A stretch of DNA of 64,000 nt from Macrostomum lignano (GCA_002269645.1 NIVC01001331.1:1-64000); one strand, 5' to 3'; counted from the stretch's first letter, positions 1 through 13,079 are shown. Notes: generated by a model from the letters alone, not told the origin. Translations and numbers: made by a program.

Positions 1-300
1 TTGAATGGAAAAGTTAGCGTCGGCAAAAGTTTACGTCGGCAATGTATTTTGAATGGGAAAAGTTAGCGTCGGTAAAAGTTTACGTCGGCAATGTATTTTG
101 GACAGGAAAAGTTAGCGTCGGCAAAAGTTTTCGTCAGCAATGTATTAGAATATATAATTTATAGAAAAAGTTAGCGTCGGCAAAAGTTTACGTGGGCAAT
201 GTATTTTGAATGGGAAAAGTTAGCGTCGGTAAAAGTTTACGTCGGCAATGTATTTTGAATGGGAAAAGTTAGCGTCGGGCAATGTATTAGTTATCGCAAA
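1..300. repeat. ~49-bp tandem repeat, truncated by window start
   Basis: Unit TTGAATGGGAAAAGTTAGCGTCGGCAAAAGTTTACGTCGGCAATGTATT, about 5-6 degenerate copies. Confidence 0.9.
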
Positions 301-1629
301 AGTTTCGGCAATGTTTTTAAATGCAAACAGTATATACATGTAGTTGCGCACAGAGACAGAGGTAATTGGAGTGTCGAGTGAGTCATCAATGCAGAACCAC
401 GCCATTTGCTTAGTTTGCCTTGCTTTTTATTGGTAGGCACCTTGTGGTGGCCTTGTGGATTTCCCTGTCAGCCACCCCATTCTACTTGTCATCAGTGTGC
501 AGCCACCCCACTCCCTCTATGTACATTTTAACGTCGGTTTAACGTCGGTAAAAACCGATCGGCCAAAGTTATATATATCCGGACTTGAGAACCCGGCTGT
601 CGGAGTAAAACAGGGGAAAGAAATTCGTTGTGATTCGTCTGCGCGATTTCCGGCTTTATTCGTGCGAACTCAACGCCGGCGGCAATTCAAACGTGAAAAC
701 CGCCCCACCTCAATCCGACTGGTGTCAGCCAATTTCAAAACCAACCTATTCCTATTCCAAGAGAAACTTTCTCCACCCCCACCTCAATTGAATGAATGTC
801 AATCGGGATAAATGAGTTGAGCACCTTTAATGATGGCAGCAGCATATTAAATTAGCCTAGACCTTTTTCCTATGTTGTAGGCCTATTTTTTAAAATGGAT
901 TTATGCTTTTTTAGTTTATAGCTCCCTCCCTATTGATATTTTAGGATTTTAGCCATTAAATTTCTAGTTCAAATTCAAATATTGCATCTTTTATATAGCC
1001 CAACCTGCCAACCCCAACAATAATCTAGACAATACAAGTCTTCTTAGGCGATATGCTTGTATGTAAGCAAGTAGTTCTAGATTATAGCATGTAAACTGTG
1101 TTTTAATTTTAGTGTTTTTGACAATTTTCAAACTTAAAAAGTTTAAACCTCATTTTTAGAATGAATTAGATTAGCACTGCACTGGCTAGGGCCTAGATAG
1201 GTCTGTGTTGTATGACTATGATATGATGAGTAGGTACTCCAATGAGTTTTTAGATTCCAATAGTTTAGTATTCCAATAGTTTTTAGATTCTATTTGATAA
1301 ATCTCTTTCCTTATTAGGCCTAGTAGAATAATACCCTACTTTTGAAAGTTGGACTTAGTTGGTCAAATGGGCCTATTTAATTAATAAATAAAAGTCACAA
1401 AACTTTTTATATTTTAAATCCTTGTGTATCAAAAGATCAATCATGGCTTATCAAGAGTGCAAAAAAGACCCTGAACTAAAAAAATTGCAAAAATGATACA
1501 ATATTATAGATAAGTAGGCCTACTAAAGTTAATAATTTATTTAGCATTAATTTAGCACAAGAAATGCCTGCAGACAAATTGCTTGCCAAGATTTGCCTGC
1601 AGAAGATTTGCCCATTGACTTGAGATTTG

Positions 1630-2040
1630 CCTAGGCCTACCAAGAGTTGCCGCCAAGATTTGCCCATAGTGCAATTTGCCGGCAAGTGAATTGCCCACAA
1701 GCAAATTGCCTGCCAAGGTTTTCCCGAAATGCTTTTTTCCTGCAACACATTTGGCAGCTAGAATCTGTCTACATTGCCCCCCCCCCCCTAAAAATATGCA
1801 TTTGATATGCAATTACTATCAAAATATTTTTATCATGTAAATCTCTTTATTAGTACTTACTTAGCCTTAGGAAGGCAATGCAGACAAAATCTGCCATGTG
1901 GCTAAATGTGCTGCAGGAAAAAAGCATCGCAGGCAAACTTTGGTGGCAAAAAACTTAGTGGGAAATTTGCTTGCAGGCAATTCACTTGCAGGCAAATTGC
2001 ACTGCAAGCAAATCTTGGTAGGCAACTCTTGGTAGGCAAA
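1630..2040. repeat. Imperfect long inverted repeat (foldback-like)
   Basis: ~1636-1778 is the reverse complement of ~1874-2040. For example ACCAAGAGTTGCC..GCAAGTGAATTGCC pairs with GGCAATTCACTTGC..GGCAACTCTTGGT. The spacer is ~95 bp and AT-rich. Confidence 0.8.
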
Positions 2041-2191
2041 TGGTTGTACAATCTGAGGTGTCAAATCAAAAAGAGAAAAGGGACAAAAGTATAAAAGACC
2101 ATTAAAAATGGGGGTGAAAGAGACAGAGAGAAAGAGCAAGCACAAAAGAAGGAAATATAAAATGTATACAAAATACACAAACTAATCAACC

Positions 2192-2810
2192 TCAGAACAC
2201 CCTAAGGTGACTTGCCCTGCTATGCAAGAGCTGAACATTGACGCTAGGGTTTTGAGCCTTAATGTGCAACAATTTCAGAATGCCAATCCAATACTCAGAA
2301 TTAGAACAATTGATATTTTTGAAGAGCCCAATTCATTCCTATCATAGCAGCTCTTGCACTCCAGAAGGTTGTCCTGAATAGCAGATTTCTTCAACCAATG
2401 CTCCCTAACTTTAAAGACTAATGTGCAAGTGACCACCTTGACTGTGTGAAAAAACAATCCTAATTGTTGTTTTGCACCATTTCCAAGAAGATCTCTAAGT
2501 TTTTTTTATAGGTTCGAAGGGACACTATAGAAAAGGCAAGACCATCACAGGGTCATCCAGCTTTTCACCCATGATTCTGATGCACCTTGCCAGTAACCTC
2601 ATCAGTAATGAACTTGCTAATCAAATAACTAAAATGAGATTTTTAGAGTATCCGTTCATACTTAAATTTCTAGTTAAGTTGTTCACCTCTTTATTAAATG
2701 CAGAGCTATATGTCATTATTGATAACAACTTTATTCTACTAAGTCTACTATGCCCTATGGTACTATCATAGCCAATTTTACATTCATGCCAGATGCCTTT
2801 CAACATTTGT
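2192..2810 (-). mobile_element. Degenerate Penelope-like retroelement fragment (RT C-terminal region, linker, GIY-YIG C-terminal half)
   Basis: Minus-strand translations in order: FNKEVNNLTRNLSMNGYSKNLI, MVLPFL, KVREHWLKKSAIQDNLLECKSC, GILKLLHIKAQNPSVNVQ. These match the PLE motifs E..L...L..NGY, LP[YF], R..EH..KSAI..HL..C..C and L.I....P.LN.Q. The region has stops and frameshifts. Confidence 0.65.
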
Positions 2811-3083
2811 TTTTATGAACCATAGGTAGAAGTCTAGCAGCTGGCTTAGACAGCTTTGCTCAAAACTACCCCTCAAATGGAATCTTATTCTTAGGCATGG
2901 CAGGCATTGTATGGCAATTTCATTATAGGGTCTGTAGCCTAGCCACATACTCAGTAGATGTTAATCAAGTAAGATTTTGTCCACCAATGCATTTAAGCCT
3001 AAAGCCTATCTCTTATATGCCTAAAGTTGTTGTTTATCAAAAATTTCTCCAATTTTTTGCATGCTAGTCAGACTTTAGTTGCC

Positions 3084-3350
3084 ATGGAGACAATTCTAGA
3101 ACTGCAACGCCGATTGCACGAGGAGCGGGAACGGCTATTGAATGAAATCTGCCGGGAGAAGAAGTTCCAACCGCGTACCCATCGGGAGCGGGTGAACAGC
3201 GACCACCGATTGAAGGCGATGCTGGACCGGCACAAGGAGGCCAGCCGGCAGCTCAAGGAGCTCTACGAGGACAAAGACGGATTGCGCAAGGCCGATATTC
3301 AAGCGCTGAGCGGGCCGAACGAGTTTGCCGAACTTAACGAACGGCTTCAG
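3084..3350 (+). CDS. SF3A3: Splicing factor 3A subunit 3 (SAP61/Prp9), exon 1
   Basis: METILELQRRLHEERERL...DKDGLRK..I.ALSGPNEFAE matches the SF3A3 N-terminus. Donor CAG|GTGATT at 3351, phase 0. Confidence 0.95.
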
Positions 3351-3481
3351 GTGATTCATTGTTTTTGTTTCGTGTCTGCATATTGCTGCACACAGACAGT
3401 TAGCAAGCGTCTGCAATAATGCGTGCTACTCATAAGTAGTCAGCAAGCGCCTGTATTAATATCCTATTAATGATAAAAGGT

Positions 3482-3737
3482 GGGGTTGTAGCTTAGTGGT
3501 TACTAGTTGCGTCCGACCTACGGCTGGAAGTTTGGGGGTTCGATTCCCGATCCTACTTCCAGACACAGAGCAAGACACTTCAACTCTGCATTGCTTCAGT
3601 TCACCCAGCTGTAGAATGGGTGCCAGCATTAGCTGGGGTAATTCAGGGTGAGTGTGGTGACCCCCAGTCCTTGGACTGAACAGCCGTACGCAGCCTTCAG
3701 ATGCGCCGCGCGATAGCAGCGGCTGAGCTGTCGGTTG
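3482..3737 (+). mobile_element. tRNA-derived SINE with CORE-like domain, copy 1
   Basis: A-box TAGCTTAGTGG and B-box GGTTCGATTCC are followed by GAGCAAGACAC..CTTCAGTTCACCCAGCTGTAGAATGGG. The body is nearly identical to 20375-20636. Confidence 0.8.
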
Positions 3738-3790
3738 CACATCTTGCCATTAGATCAAGGTGTAATCAGTTATTATTATTATATTATTAA

Positions 3791-6700
3791 CAAGCTGTTG
3801 AAACCCGCGGCTTTTGAACCCGGGGAATTCAAATCCCCGGAACTATTTTTGCATGTATTCAAAATCTGAGGTCAAACTCAAACAAAAACTTGTTATTCGT
3901 TAGGATAGAGTTAAATTAAACATAAAATAGAGCCCTATTGCAGCGCATGGCTTAAGTACGCCAGACGCCTACACAACCTGCGCCACGCTGTGAAATGACT
4001 TACCTGTGAAAGAAACCTAAAGCAAAGTTAACGCAGTTTTTGGTAAACGGCAGGAGTAACTATGACTGTCTTATCAAGCCTAAATGCCTCGGCATCTAAT
4101 TAGTACTGCGCCGCGCCGTACTAATCGCCGCGCGCGTATGCGCCGCGCCGCGCCGTATTAGATCCGCGCCGGACGCCGTCCGCCAAAATGCCCATGCGCT
4201 GCAATCAGGAAATAGAGTACATTCGTGTAAAATTAGGATTTGAGGCAAACATGGATATTGTTGGCTGGGGTGCTGCGCAGAATGTCAGGCAAACTCTGGC
4301 CTCTACCTCTGCCTCTCCCTATGTCCCTTGGATCCTTTGAAACTTCCATCTTCTTTCTGTTTCCTCTCCTCTCTCGTCTCCTCTCTCTCCTCTCCTCTCT
4401 TCTCTCTCTCGTCTCTGCTCTCTCATCTCTCATCACTCCTTTCTCCTCTTTTATCTCTTCTCATTTCTCTCTGCTCTCTACTCTCTTCCCTCTCCTCCTT
4501 TCTCACTCCTTACTCTACCCTCTCTCAATACTTCCTTCATCTCTCCTCTCTCCTCTCTTCTGTCTTCTCTCAACTCTCTCCTCTCATCTCTCTGCTCTCT
4601 CCTGTCCCATCTCTCCTCTCTAATCTCTCTGTGTACTCTATCTCTCCCCTCTTTTCTCTCCTCTCTAGTCCTTTCCCCTCTTGCCCTTGTCCTCTCGATT
4701 CTCTCCCCTCCCCTTCTCTCTCCTCACTCACTTGTCTCTCCCTTTGTCTCATCTTTCATCTCTCATCTCTTATTTCTTATCTCCTTTTTTCTCTCTACTC
4801 TCCCATCTCTCGTCTGTTCACTCTCATTTCTGCTCTCTCATCTCCCCTCTCTCATCTGTCATCTTTACTCTCATATGTTCTCTCACATCTCCCCTCTCTC
4901 ATCTGTCATCTTTACTCTCATATGTTCTCTCACATCTCTCCTCTTGTACTCTTATCTTTCCCCTTTTTTGACTCAGGACTCTCTCTCTCCTTTCTTCTTT
5001 CTTCTTGTCTCTTCTCTTCTCTCTTCTATACTCTCTACCTCTCTTGTCTTCTCTCTTCTCTCTCTCCACTCTCCTCTCTCCTCTCTTCTATCGTCTGTTC
5101 ACTCTCATCTTTGCTCTCTCATTCCCCTCTTTCTTCTGTCATCTCTACTCTCCTCTCTACTGTGTACTCTTCTCTTTCCCCTCTTCTATACTCTCTCCCC
5201 TCTATTCTCTTCTCTCGTCTCTCTGCACTCTGCTCTCTCTTCCTTCATCTCTCATCTCTACTCTCTATCTTTCCTTTCACCTCTCTCATCTCTACAATCT
5301 CATCTCTTTCCTCTCTCCTCCTTTTCCCTTTACTCTATCATCTCTCCTTTCTCCTCTCTTCTTTCTCAACTCTCTCTCATCTCTTATCGCCTCTCTTCTC
5401 ACTCCTCTCTCCCCTCTCTCCCCCTCTTATCTCCTCTCTCCTCTCGATCCTCTCTCATCTGCCTCTCTGTTCTCTCATCTCTCATCTCTTCTCACTCTTC
5501 TCTACTCTCCTCTCTCATCGATACTCTGTCTCATCTCTCCCCTCTTCTCCATCTTCTCACCTCTACTATTTCCTCTCCCTTCTCTCTCCCCTCCTCTCGC
5601 TTCTTCGTCCCATATTCTCTGCTCTCTCCTCAACCCCTCGTCTCTCCTGTTATCTATCTTTTCTCTTATCCCCCCTCTCGCCCCTCCTCCCCTTCTAATA
5701 GTCTTCCTTTTCCTTTTCACTCTCATCTGGCCCGCAGCCATGAGCTGGATTCTTTATCTGGCCTTTGAGATAAAAATCTGCCGATCCCTGCTTCGAAAGT
5801 ACTATCATGGGACGTAGTAACTATCATGGTTGTTATCATTTCTTATGCTTTAATCACATCATATTTCTGGCCAATAAGCAGCCCTGAGGGGAATTTGTGT
5901 ATCTCCATTCTCCAGCTCCACCACCACAGTCTGCAGCAGTCTAACAACCAAGGAAAACGCATTTCTTAGGAGGCCATTTAAATTTTAAAATACCTTATGC
6001 GAATCTTAATGTTAAAATTTTCATGGTGTAACTAATTTAGTAGGATTGCATTGTAATCAGTTATTCATTAATTTTTCGCTATTTTTATAAACCATCCCAC
6101 ATCGCCTTGATTTGCCATCCTTGTTTAACTGCTGCAGTGTCTATACAGAGGACAGTGGTTTGAATCTCTCGCTAAACTGTCTCCTCTCCACGCCTCTCCA
6201 CTCTCAGGGTACAGAGAAGGCTATTAAAAAGTTATTCCAAAACACTGTACATTCGCTATGTACATTGAGCCCTATCACCTGATCCTTCGTCTGGGGGAAT
6301 GAGTTGGATGAGCGGCACAAACAGCAGAAAAAGCAGACAAACTTCACATGCTTACAGTTTCTGTTCTGATTGAGTTACAGAGTTGAAACTTTACATTTAG
6401 ACAGAGAATGAGTCAAAGAAGTATTGTATCAAGTTTCAAGTCAATGGCTTCACGTGGAGCAAACTTATGGCAGCCGAAAGCTAGGCAATTTTAAAACCCC
6501 TTACACATCGGAAAGCTAGGCAGGCGGGCGGAGGTTGGGGTGGCTGTCTCGCTGACAAAAAACAGCCTAACTTTAAAAGTGCACAGCGCCGTTCGGGATT
6601 AACTTTGAGACTTGAAATTTCACACGATTGTGTCAAAATAGTTGAAAATTGATTGTGTCAAATTTGAAGGATTGGTAAAATTAGAGTGGCGCTATAGAGA

Positions 6701-6928
6701 ATTTAGAGAAAAAATCGCGCATTTTGAGCAGTTTTTTGCACTTTTAGATAGGAAGACTCATTTTTAGGAAATTTAAAGGTAGCCTAAGACATTCTCCGTA
6801 GTGAGTTTAGGGTGGGTGCAAAATTTGGTGTAATTTGGTTGAGCAGTTTAGGAGTCCAAAGCGAACGAAATTGTCCACAGACAGACAGACACACACACTC
6901 AGAGAGTTTTGATTTTTATAGGTATAGA
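3791..6928 (-). mobile_element. Non-autonomous Helitron-like element, copy 1 (in SF3A3 intron 1)
   Basis: Shares both ends and internal blocks with 13080-16418. On the minus strand it starts A|TCTATACCTATAAAAATC followed by a GT/GTCT microsatellite and ends CAGCTTG|T. A GC hairpin CCGGGGA-7nt-TCCCCGG lies ~30 nt from the 3' end. No TSD or TIR. Internal CT-rich tract at ~4340-5720. Confidence 0.75.
3933..4209. mobile_element. 277-bp MITE nested in Helitron copy 1
   Basis: TIRs CCCTATTGCAGCGCATGG / CCATGCGCTGCAATCAGG (16/18 match). 8-bp direct repeat AAATAGAG at 3925-3932 and 4210-4217. The element is absent at the homologous site in copy 2. Confidence 0.85.
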
Positions 6929-7087
6929 TAGCCATTTAATGTCTGTGTTGCTACTCGCAAGTAGTTACCAAGCATCTGCACTGATTCGGTTAAAATTTGC
7001 CATTTTTTACTCCTTACTGCTCCTCAGTAGCTAACTAAAAATTTAACTATTTTTTTCTACATAAAAAATGACCCACCTGATCTGCAG

Positions 7088-7906
7088 ACAATTCGCGAGC
7101 ATCACCGCCGCCGGCCGGACGAGATCGCCGCGCCGCTGTCCGCCGAATTTGACAAATTCGTCAGCATTCGTGACAATCCGGACGAGGCCGGGGCCCAGAC
7201 TGTGGAATTCTCCGACGAGGAAGGCTACGGCCGCTACCTGGACTTGCACCTGTGCCACGATCGCTACCTGAATCTGAAAGGGGTCGATCGTATCGACTAT
7301 GCCACTTATCTGTCGATATTCGATCGGCTATTCGACGTGCCGCGTGAACGGAAGGCCACAGCCGCCTATAGGCAGTACGCCCAGCAGCTGTTGACCTATC
7401 TGTCCGACTTCTGTGGCCGGGCTAGGCCGCTGATTGATCTGGACGCTGAGTTCTCCTCGGCCGAGGCCGCTCTGGAGCGTCAATGGCCAACTGGCGAGTT
7501 TCCCGGCTGGCCGAAGGAGGCGGCCTCGGCCATGGCCCACTCTGGCGCGCACCTGGATTTGGCGGCGTTCTCCCGCTGGGAGGAGCTGGCCTCCCTAGGC
7601 TTGGACCGGCTGAAGTCGGCCCTCACAGCGCTGGGATTGAAGTGCGGTGGCACCCTAGAGGAGCGGGCCAGGCGGCTGTGGTCTACAAAGGGCCGTCGGC
7701 TTGCCGACCTGGAGCCCGGCCTGTTTGCTAAGCGGCCAACCGGGGCGCCGGCCGTAGCGCCCGGGCATCAGCAGCAGCAAACTGAGGCTCAGCGCGAGGT
7801 GGCCGCAATTGAGGCGCGAATCTATCGACTATGCGAGCTGCTTAGCGAGGAGCGGGCCGCGTCTAGGGAGAAGGCTGTGCGAAAGCAGGCCCAAGCCGAT
7901 TATAAG
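7088..7906 (+). CDS. SF3A3: SF3A3 exon 2
   Basis: Acceptor CTGCAG|ACA. Translates to [16 protein letters not shown]...FPGWPKE...[25 protein letters not shown]. Donor AAG|GTGATT at 7907, phase 0. Confidence 0.95.
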
Positions 7907-7956
7907 GTGATTTGTTTGAGGACTTTCGTCTTGGAGATTCTTTATACACGCTCACA

Positions 7957-9340
7957 CAGGGTGCTCAGGGTGGTAGCTCAGGGTGGTAGCTAAGGGTTGT
8001 AGCTCATTGTGGTAGCTCATTGTGGTAGCTCATTGTGGTAGCTCAGGGTGGTAGCTAAGGGTTGTAGCTCATTGTGGTAGCTCATTGTGGTAGCTCAGGG
8101 TGGTAGCTCAGGGTGGTAGCTCAGGGTGGTAGCTCAGGGTGGTAGCTCAGGGTGGCAGCTCAGGGTGGTAGCTCAGGGTGGTAGCTCAGGGTGGTAGCTA
8201 AGGGTCGTAGCTCATTGTGGAAGCTCAGGGTGGTAGCTCATTGTGGAAGCTCAGGGTGGTAGCTCAGGGTGGTAGCTCAGGGTGGTAGCTAAGGGTGGTA
8301 GCTAAGGGTAGTAGCTCAGGGTGGTAGCTAAGGATGGTAGCTCAGGATGGTAGCTAAGGGTGGTAGCTCGGGTGGTAGCTAAGGGTTGTAGCTCAGGGTG
8401 GTAGCTCAGGGTGGTAGCTCAGGGTGGTAGCTAAGGGTTGTAGCTCATTGTGGTAGCTCATTTTGGTAGCTCAGGGTGGTAGCTAAGGGTTGTAGCTCAT
8501 TGTGGTAGCTCATTGTGGTAGCTCAGGGTGGTAGCTCAGGGTGGTAGCTCAGGGTGGTAGCTAAGGGTGGTAGCTCAGGGTGGTAGCTCATTGTGGAAGC
8601 TCAGGGTGGTAGCTCAGGGTGGTAGCTAAGGGTGGTAGCTAAGGGTGGTAGCTAAGGGTAGTAGCTCAGGGTGGTAGCTAAGGATGGTAGCTCAGGATGG
8701 TAGCTAAGGGTGGTAGCTCGGGTGGTAGCTCAGGGTGGTAGCTCAGGATGGTAGCTAAGGGTGGTAGCTCAGGGTGGTAGCTAAGGATGGTAGCTCAGGA
8801 TGGTAGCTAAGGGTGGTAGCTCGGGTGGTAGCTAAGGGTTGTAGCTCAGGGTGGTAGCTCAGGGTGGTAGCTCAGGGTGGTAGCTAAGGGTTGTAGCTCA
8901 TTGTGGTAGCTCATTTTGGTAGCTCAGGGTGGTAGCTAAGGGTTGTAGCTCATTGTGGTAGCTCATTGTGGTAGCTCAGGGTGGTAGCTCAGGGTGGTAG
9001 CTCAGGGTGGTAGCTAAGGGTGGTAGCTCAGGGTGGTAGCTCATTGTGGAAGCTCAGGGTGGTAGCTCAGGGTGGTAGCTAAGGGTGGTAGCTAAGGGTG
9101 GTAGCTAAGGGTAGTAGCTCAGGGTGGTAGCTAAGGATGGTAGCTCAGGATGGTAGCTAAGGGTGGTAGCTCGGGTGGTAGCTCAGGGTGGTAGCTCAGG
9201 ATGGTAGCTAAGGGTGGTAGCTCAGGGTGGTAGCTAAGGATGGTAGCTCAGGATGGTAGCTCAGGGTGGTAGCTCAGGGTGGTAGCTCAGGGTGGTAGCT
9301 CGGGTGGTAGCTCAGGGTGGTAGCTCAGGGTGGTAGCAGG
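7957..9340. repeat. 13-bp minisatellite (CAGGGTGGTAGCT)n in SF3A3 intron 2
   Basis: About 100 units with variants. Internal ~453-bp higher-order duplication (TTTTGGTAGC marker at 8461 and 8914). Confidence 0.95.
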
Positions 9341-9522
9341 GTGTTTATCGCTGAGCTGCTCTGCCGCACACCTCTGAGATATGTCTCCACGACATTTGAC
9401 CTGTCCCAATTTCCTATGCGCGCAATTGCTCAGTGGCGGACTTTCATTTTTTTGCACCTAAAAATGTGTACTCCATTATTCAGTATCCTGTGCACCTCGT
9501 TACACCTTCGCAACACCCATAG

Positions 9523-10002
9523 GCCGATGACTCAGACGAGGAAGACATCGAGATGATGACGCCCGGCGGCCGGGGCGCCGATATGCGAGACGACGATGAC
9601 GACGATCAAGACGAGGACGACGTGCCGTACAACCCGAAGAACCTGCCGCTCGGCTGGGACGGCAAGCCCATCCCCTACTGGCTGTACAAGCTGCACGGCC
9701 TGAACCTGTACTACACCTGCGAGATCTGCGGCAATCACACGTATCGCGGGCCCAAAGCGTTTCAACGCCATTTTGCCGAATGGCGTCACGCGCACGGCAT
9801 GCGCTGCTTGGGCATCCCCAACACGGCCCACTTCGCCAATGTAACCAGCATTGAGGACGCCATCGCGCTGTGGCAGCGGCTGCGCACCCAGAAGGAGCAG
9901 GAGCGCTGGCGGCCCGACGCGGAGGAAGAGTTCGAAGACTCGATGGGCAATGTGGTCACGAAGAAGGTGTACGAAGATCTCAAACGTCAGGGCCTGCTGT
10001 GA
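9523..10002 (+). CDS. SF3A3: SF3A3 exon 3 (C-terminal zinc finger)
   Basis: Acceptor CATAG|GCC. Translates to [61 protein letters not shown]...[10 protein letters not shown]. Spliced product is 521 aa. Confidence 0.97.
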   Translation, partial: ADDSDEEDIEMMTPGGRGADMRDDDDDDQDEDDVPYNPKNLPLGWDGKPIPYWLYKLHGLNLYYTCEICGNHTYRGPKAFQRHFAEWRHAHGMRCLGIPNTAHFANVTSIEDAIALWQRLRTQKEQERWRPDAEEEFEDSMGNVVTKKVYEDLKRQGLL

Positions 10003-10931
10003 TTGGCTAAGGAGATGTGCGCGAATTCTCGGATGGGAAATTTAGCCTTCCTTGGGCAGCTCTGCGTAGTAACTATCTGATTAGCGAGTTTTAACAGCAA
10101 ACTGCATTCGTTAGCGGGCTAGTTCAATTCTCTGTCTACTTCAAGTAGCCTAGCGCAAATATTGTGTACAGATAATTAGTCGTGTTTATTTATATCGTTT
10201 CTCATAATAATAAAATCTAATAATAACGATGCCGAATTGACACCAGAAAACATCTGTTTTGTCAGCAGCTCTTGTTGCTTTTTGTCACTTGTAGCCGCAC
10301 CTAAAGTCAGGCCTAATTCTTAAAGAGTTTTTACTGGCAGTCAGCTGTTGTTGAAGCGAAATGCCACGCTGAAATGTCAGATAGGGAGGTATGCAAAACA
10401 GTGTGCTTTTATCTGTTTTGATACGTAAAACGGCTGGATGGATGGACCGGTTTCGAAAAGCCCAATGCGCTGGGGACTGAAAACGAAATGGATTTTTTTA
10501 CAAAAAAAAAACTTTCACAGCTACGATTCCCAAACGTTTGGCGTAGATGCGTGTGTACTTTTATATGCCCAGTGTCCAAGGGATGTAGGACCCTCGCTGT
10601 GCGCCTGCCCAGTTGTCTGGCGTGACATTTCAAACAAAATTGAATGATCAAATTTCAACTATATAGAAAAAGCAGCGGCAGAGGCATTCCATTTGGCAAA
10701 TTGCTGCTTTGTAGTTGCAGCAATAGCGGACAATAGCCTGGAAATGCGCTTGTGGTATTCTTTGCCGCCCGCGACCGTCCGTGTGCCACAGTGTGCTATG
10801 AATTTAATGCGTCATAAAGTCACGCTGCACTGGTCAATAAAATGCTTTTAATACTTGTACAGACTTCCTGTGCTGCAACCCTTGCGCCATTCCAATGCAT
10901 AAGGTTTGCGGAACCGCTTTTATCCTACCGA

Positions 10932-12052
10932 AGCACTTGTACCTCCGTTATTGTGAGACCTACATTGTGGTAGCCAGCACTTGTACCTCCGTTATTGTGA
11001 CACCATTGTGATAGCCAGCACTTGCACCTCCGTTATTGTGACACCATTGTGATAGCCAGCACTTGCACCTCCGTTATTGTGACACCATTGTGGTAGCCAG
11101 CACTTGCACCTCCGTTATTGTGACACCATTGTGGTAGCCAGCACTTGCACCTCCGTTATTGTGACACTATTGTGGTAGCCAGCACTTGCACCTCCGTTAT
11201 TGTGACACCATTGTGGTAGCCAGCACTTGCACCTCCGTTATTGTGACACCATTGTGGTAGCCAGCACTTGCACCTCCGTTATTGTGACACTATTGTGGTA
11301 GCCAGCACTTGCACCTCCGTTATTGTGACACCATTGTGGTAGCCAGCACTTGCACCTCCGTTATTGTGACACCATTGTGGTAGCCAGCACTTGCACCTCC
11401 GTTATTGTGACACCATTGTGGTAGCCAGCACTTGTACCTCCGTTATTGTGACACCATTGTGGTAGCCAGCACTTACACCTCCGTTATTGTGACACCATTG
11501 TTGTAGCCAGCACTTGCACCTCCGTTATTGTGACACCATTGTGGTAGCCAGCACTTACACCTCCGTTATTGTGACACTATTGTGGTAGCCAGCACTTACA
11601 CCTCCGTTATTGTGACACCATTGTGGTAGCCAGCACTTGCACCTCCGTTATTGTGACACCATTGTGATAGCCAGCACTTGCACCTCCGTTATTGTGACAC
11701 CATTGTGGTAGCCAGCACTTGCACCTCCGTTATTGTGACACTATTGTGGTAGCCAGCACTTACACCTCCGTTATTGTGACACCATTGTGGTAGCCAGCAC
11801 TTGCACCTCCGTTATTGTGACACCATTGTGGTAGCCAGCACTTGCACCTCCGTTATTGTGACACTATTGTGGTAGCCAGCACTTGCACCTCCGTTATTGT
11901 GACACTATTGTGGTAGCCAGCACTTGCACCTCCGTTATTGTGACACTATTGTGGTAGCCAGCACTTACACCTCCGTTATTGTGACACCTCCATTGTGGTA
12001 GCCAGCACTTGCACCTCCGTTATTGTGACACCATTGTGGTAGCCAGCACTTG
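10932..12052. repeat. 41-bp minisatellite
   Basis: Unit CACTTGCACCTCCGTTATTGTGACACCATTGTGGTAGCCAG, ~27 head-to-tail copies with no spacers. Confidence 0.95.
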
Positions 12053-13079
12053 AACCCATCTTGTCAGCAGGATGAAGCATTTGTGGGATTTGTTTTTGCA
12101 TAAAAATCCCCCCTCTACCGAGGACTGCTGGCCCGTTGTTGATTACCGGATGCAGTGCAGCCAGTTAGAACAAATATGATGGATGTATCGCTTCAGATAC
12201 ATGGGGTACTCGCGCTAAAAATAAAAGTACAGTATATAATCGCCATTCTCAATGTATGTGATAAGCACGGATGTATTGTAAAAAAGCTGGGCCTGCTCAC
12301 TAAAACATGCACCGTTCTCTGTATAGTATAATTATTAGAGAACAGGAATGAACTAATTGGGAATGATATAAATTTCCATTTGGCTCGAAAAATAGCCTTT
12401 CTTCATTTCATCAATTTTTAAAAGATACAAGCGTTAACCGCTCGAGCCTGGAATTTCTTACTCTTGCTAGAAATTGCATTTTAGCTGTTTTGCATTTATT
12501 TTTATTGTTAAATTGTAATTTGGTACTTCCTCACGCCAGCTTGTATCCAAGCTGTCTGGGAGAGCTCGGGTGCCATTGGCAGCGCTGGTCTGGCTATACG
12601 CGACATGGGGGGGGGGCAGTCAGCTGGTCCTCCGTGCAACTGGAGAAGCGCATGCAGTTCTGGATATCCCTATAGCGATCCCTCTGGGCCGGAATGGGTG
12701 TGGGATATTTACGACTGTGTGTTAGCTATAGCACATTATCTGCATGCATTTATGTTGGTTTAGCCGCAGCGACAGTGACAGCAACCCTCGCTACCCCCGC
12801 TGCTGTAAACCCGTAGCGCTCCATGCTGGAATGGTGCCTCTTATTTCCCGTCTCTATCGCAGCTGTCTGCGCCTTGCTCAGCTCAGTTGAATAAAATCCT
12901 TGGACCAGGACTGTGCTGGTTAAACTTGCAAATTCAAAGTCCCGATTCTTCTCCCTGAATAACGCTGAAGCGATAGTTGCTTGGGTTCTGTTTAAGAAAT
13001 ATTAAAAATTTCTTGATCTGAATCCTCAATGGTGAGTACGTTAATGCGCATATTTTTATGTTCTTCATTTATAGAGCTA

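Noticed and set aside
2560-2605. Minus-strand CTGATGA...GAAA within the Penelope relic
   Set aside because: Helix II does not pair, and the site lies in the former coding linker.
4328-5817. Long L/S-rich ORFs (also 13716-15419 and 49108-49605)
   Set aside because: Translations of CT-rich tracts that lack stop codons in several frames.
10932-12052. CRISPR-like appearance of the 41-bp array (also the 32-, 34- and 49-bp arrays)
   Set aside because: Head-to-tail units with no unique spacers, no cas genes, and a eukaryotic context.
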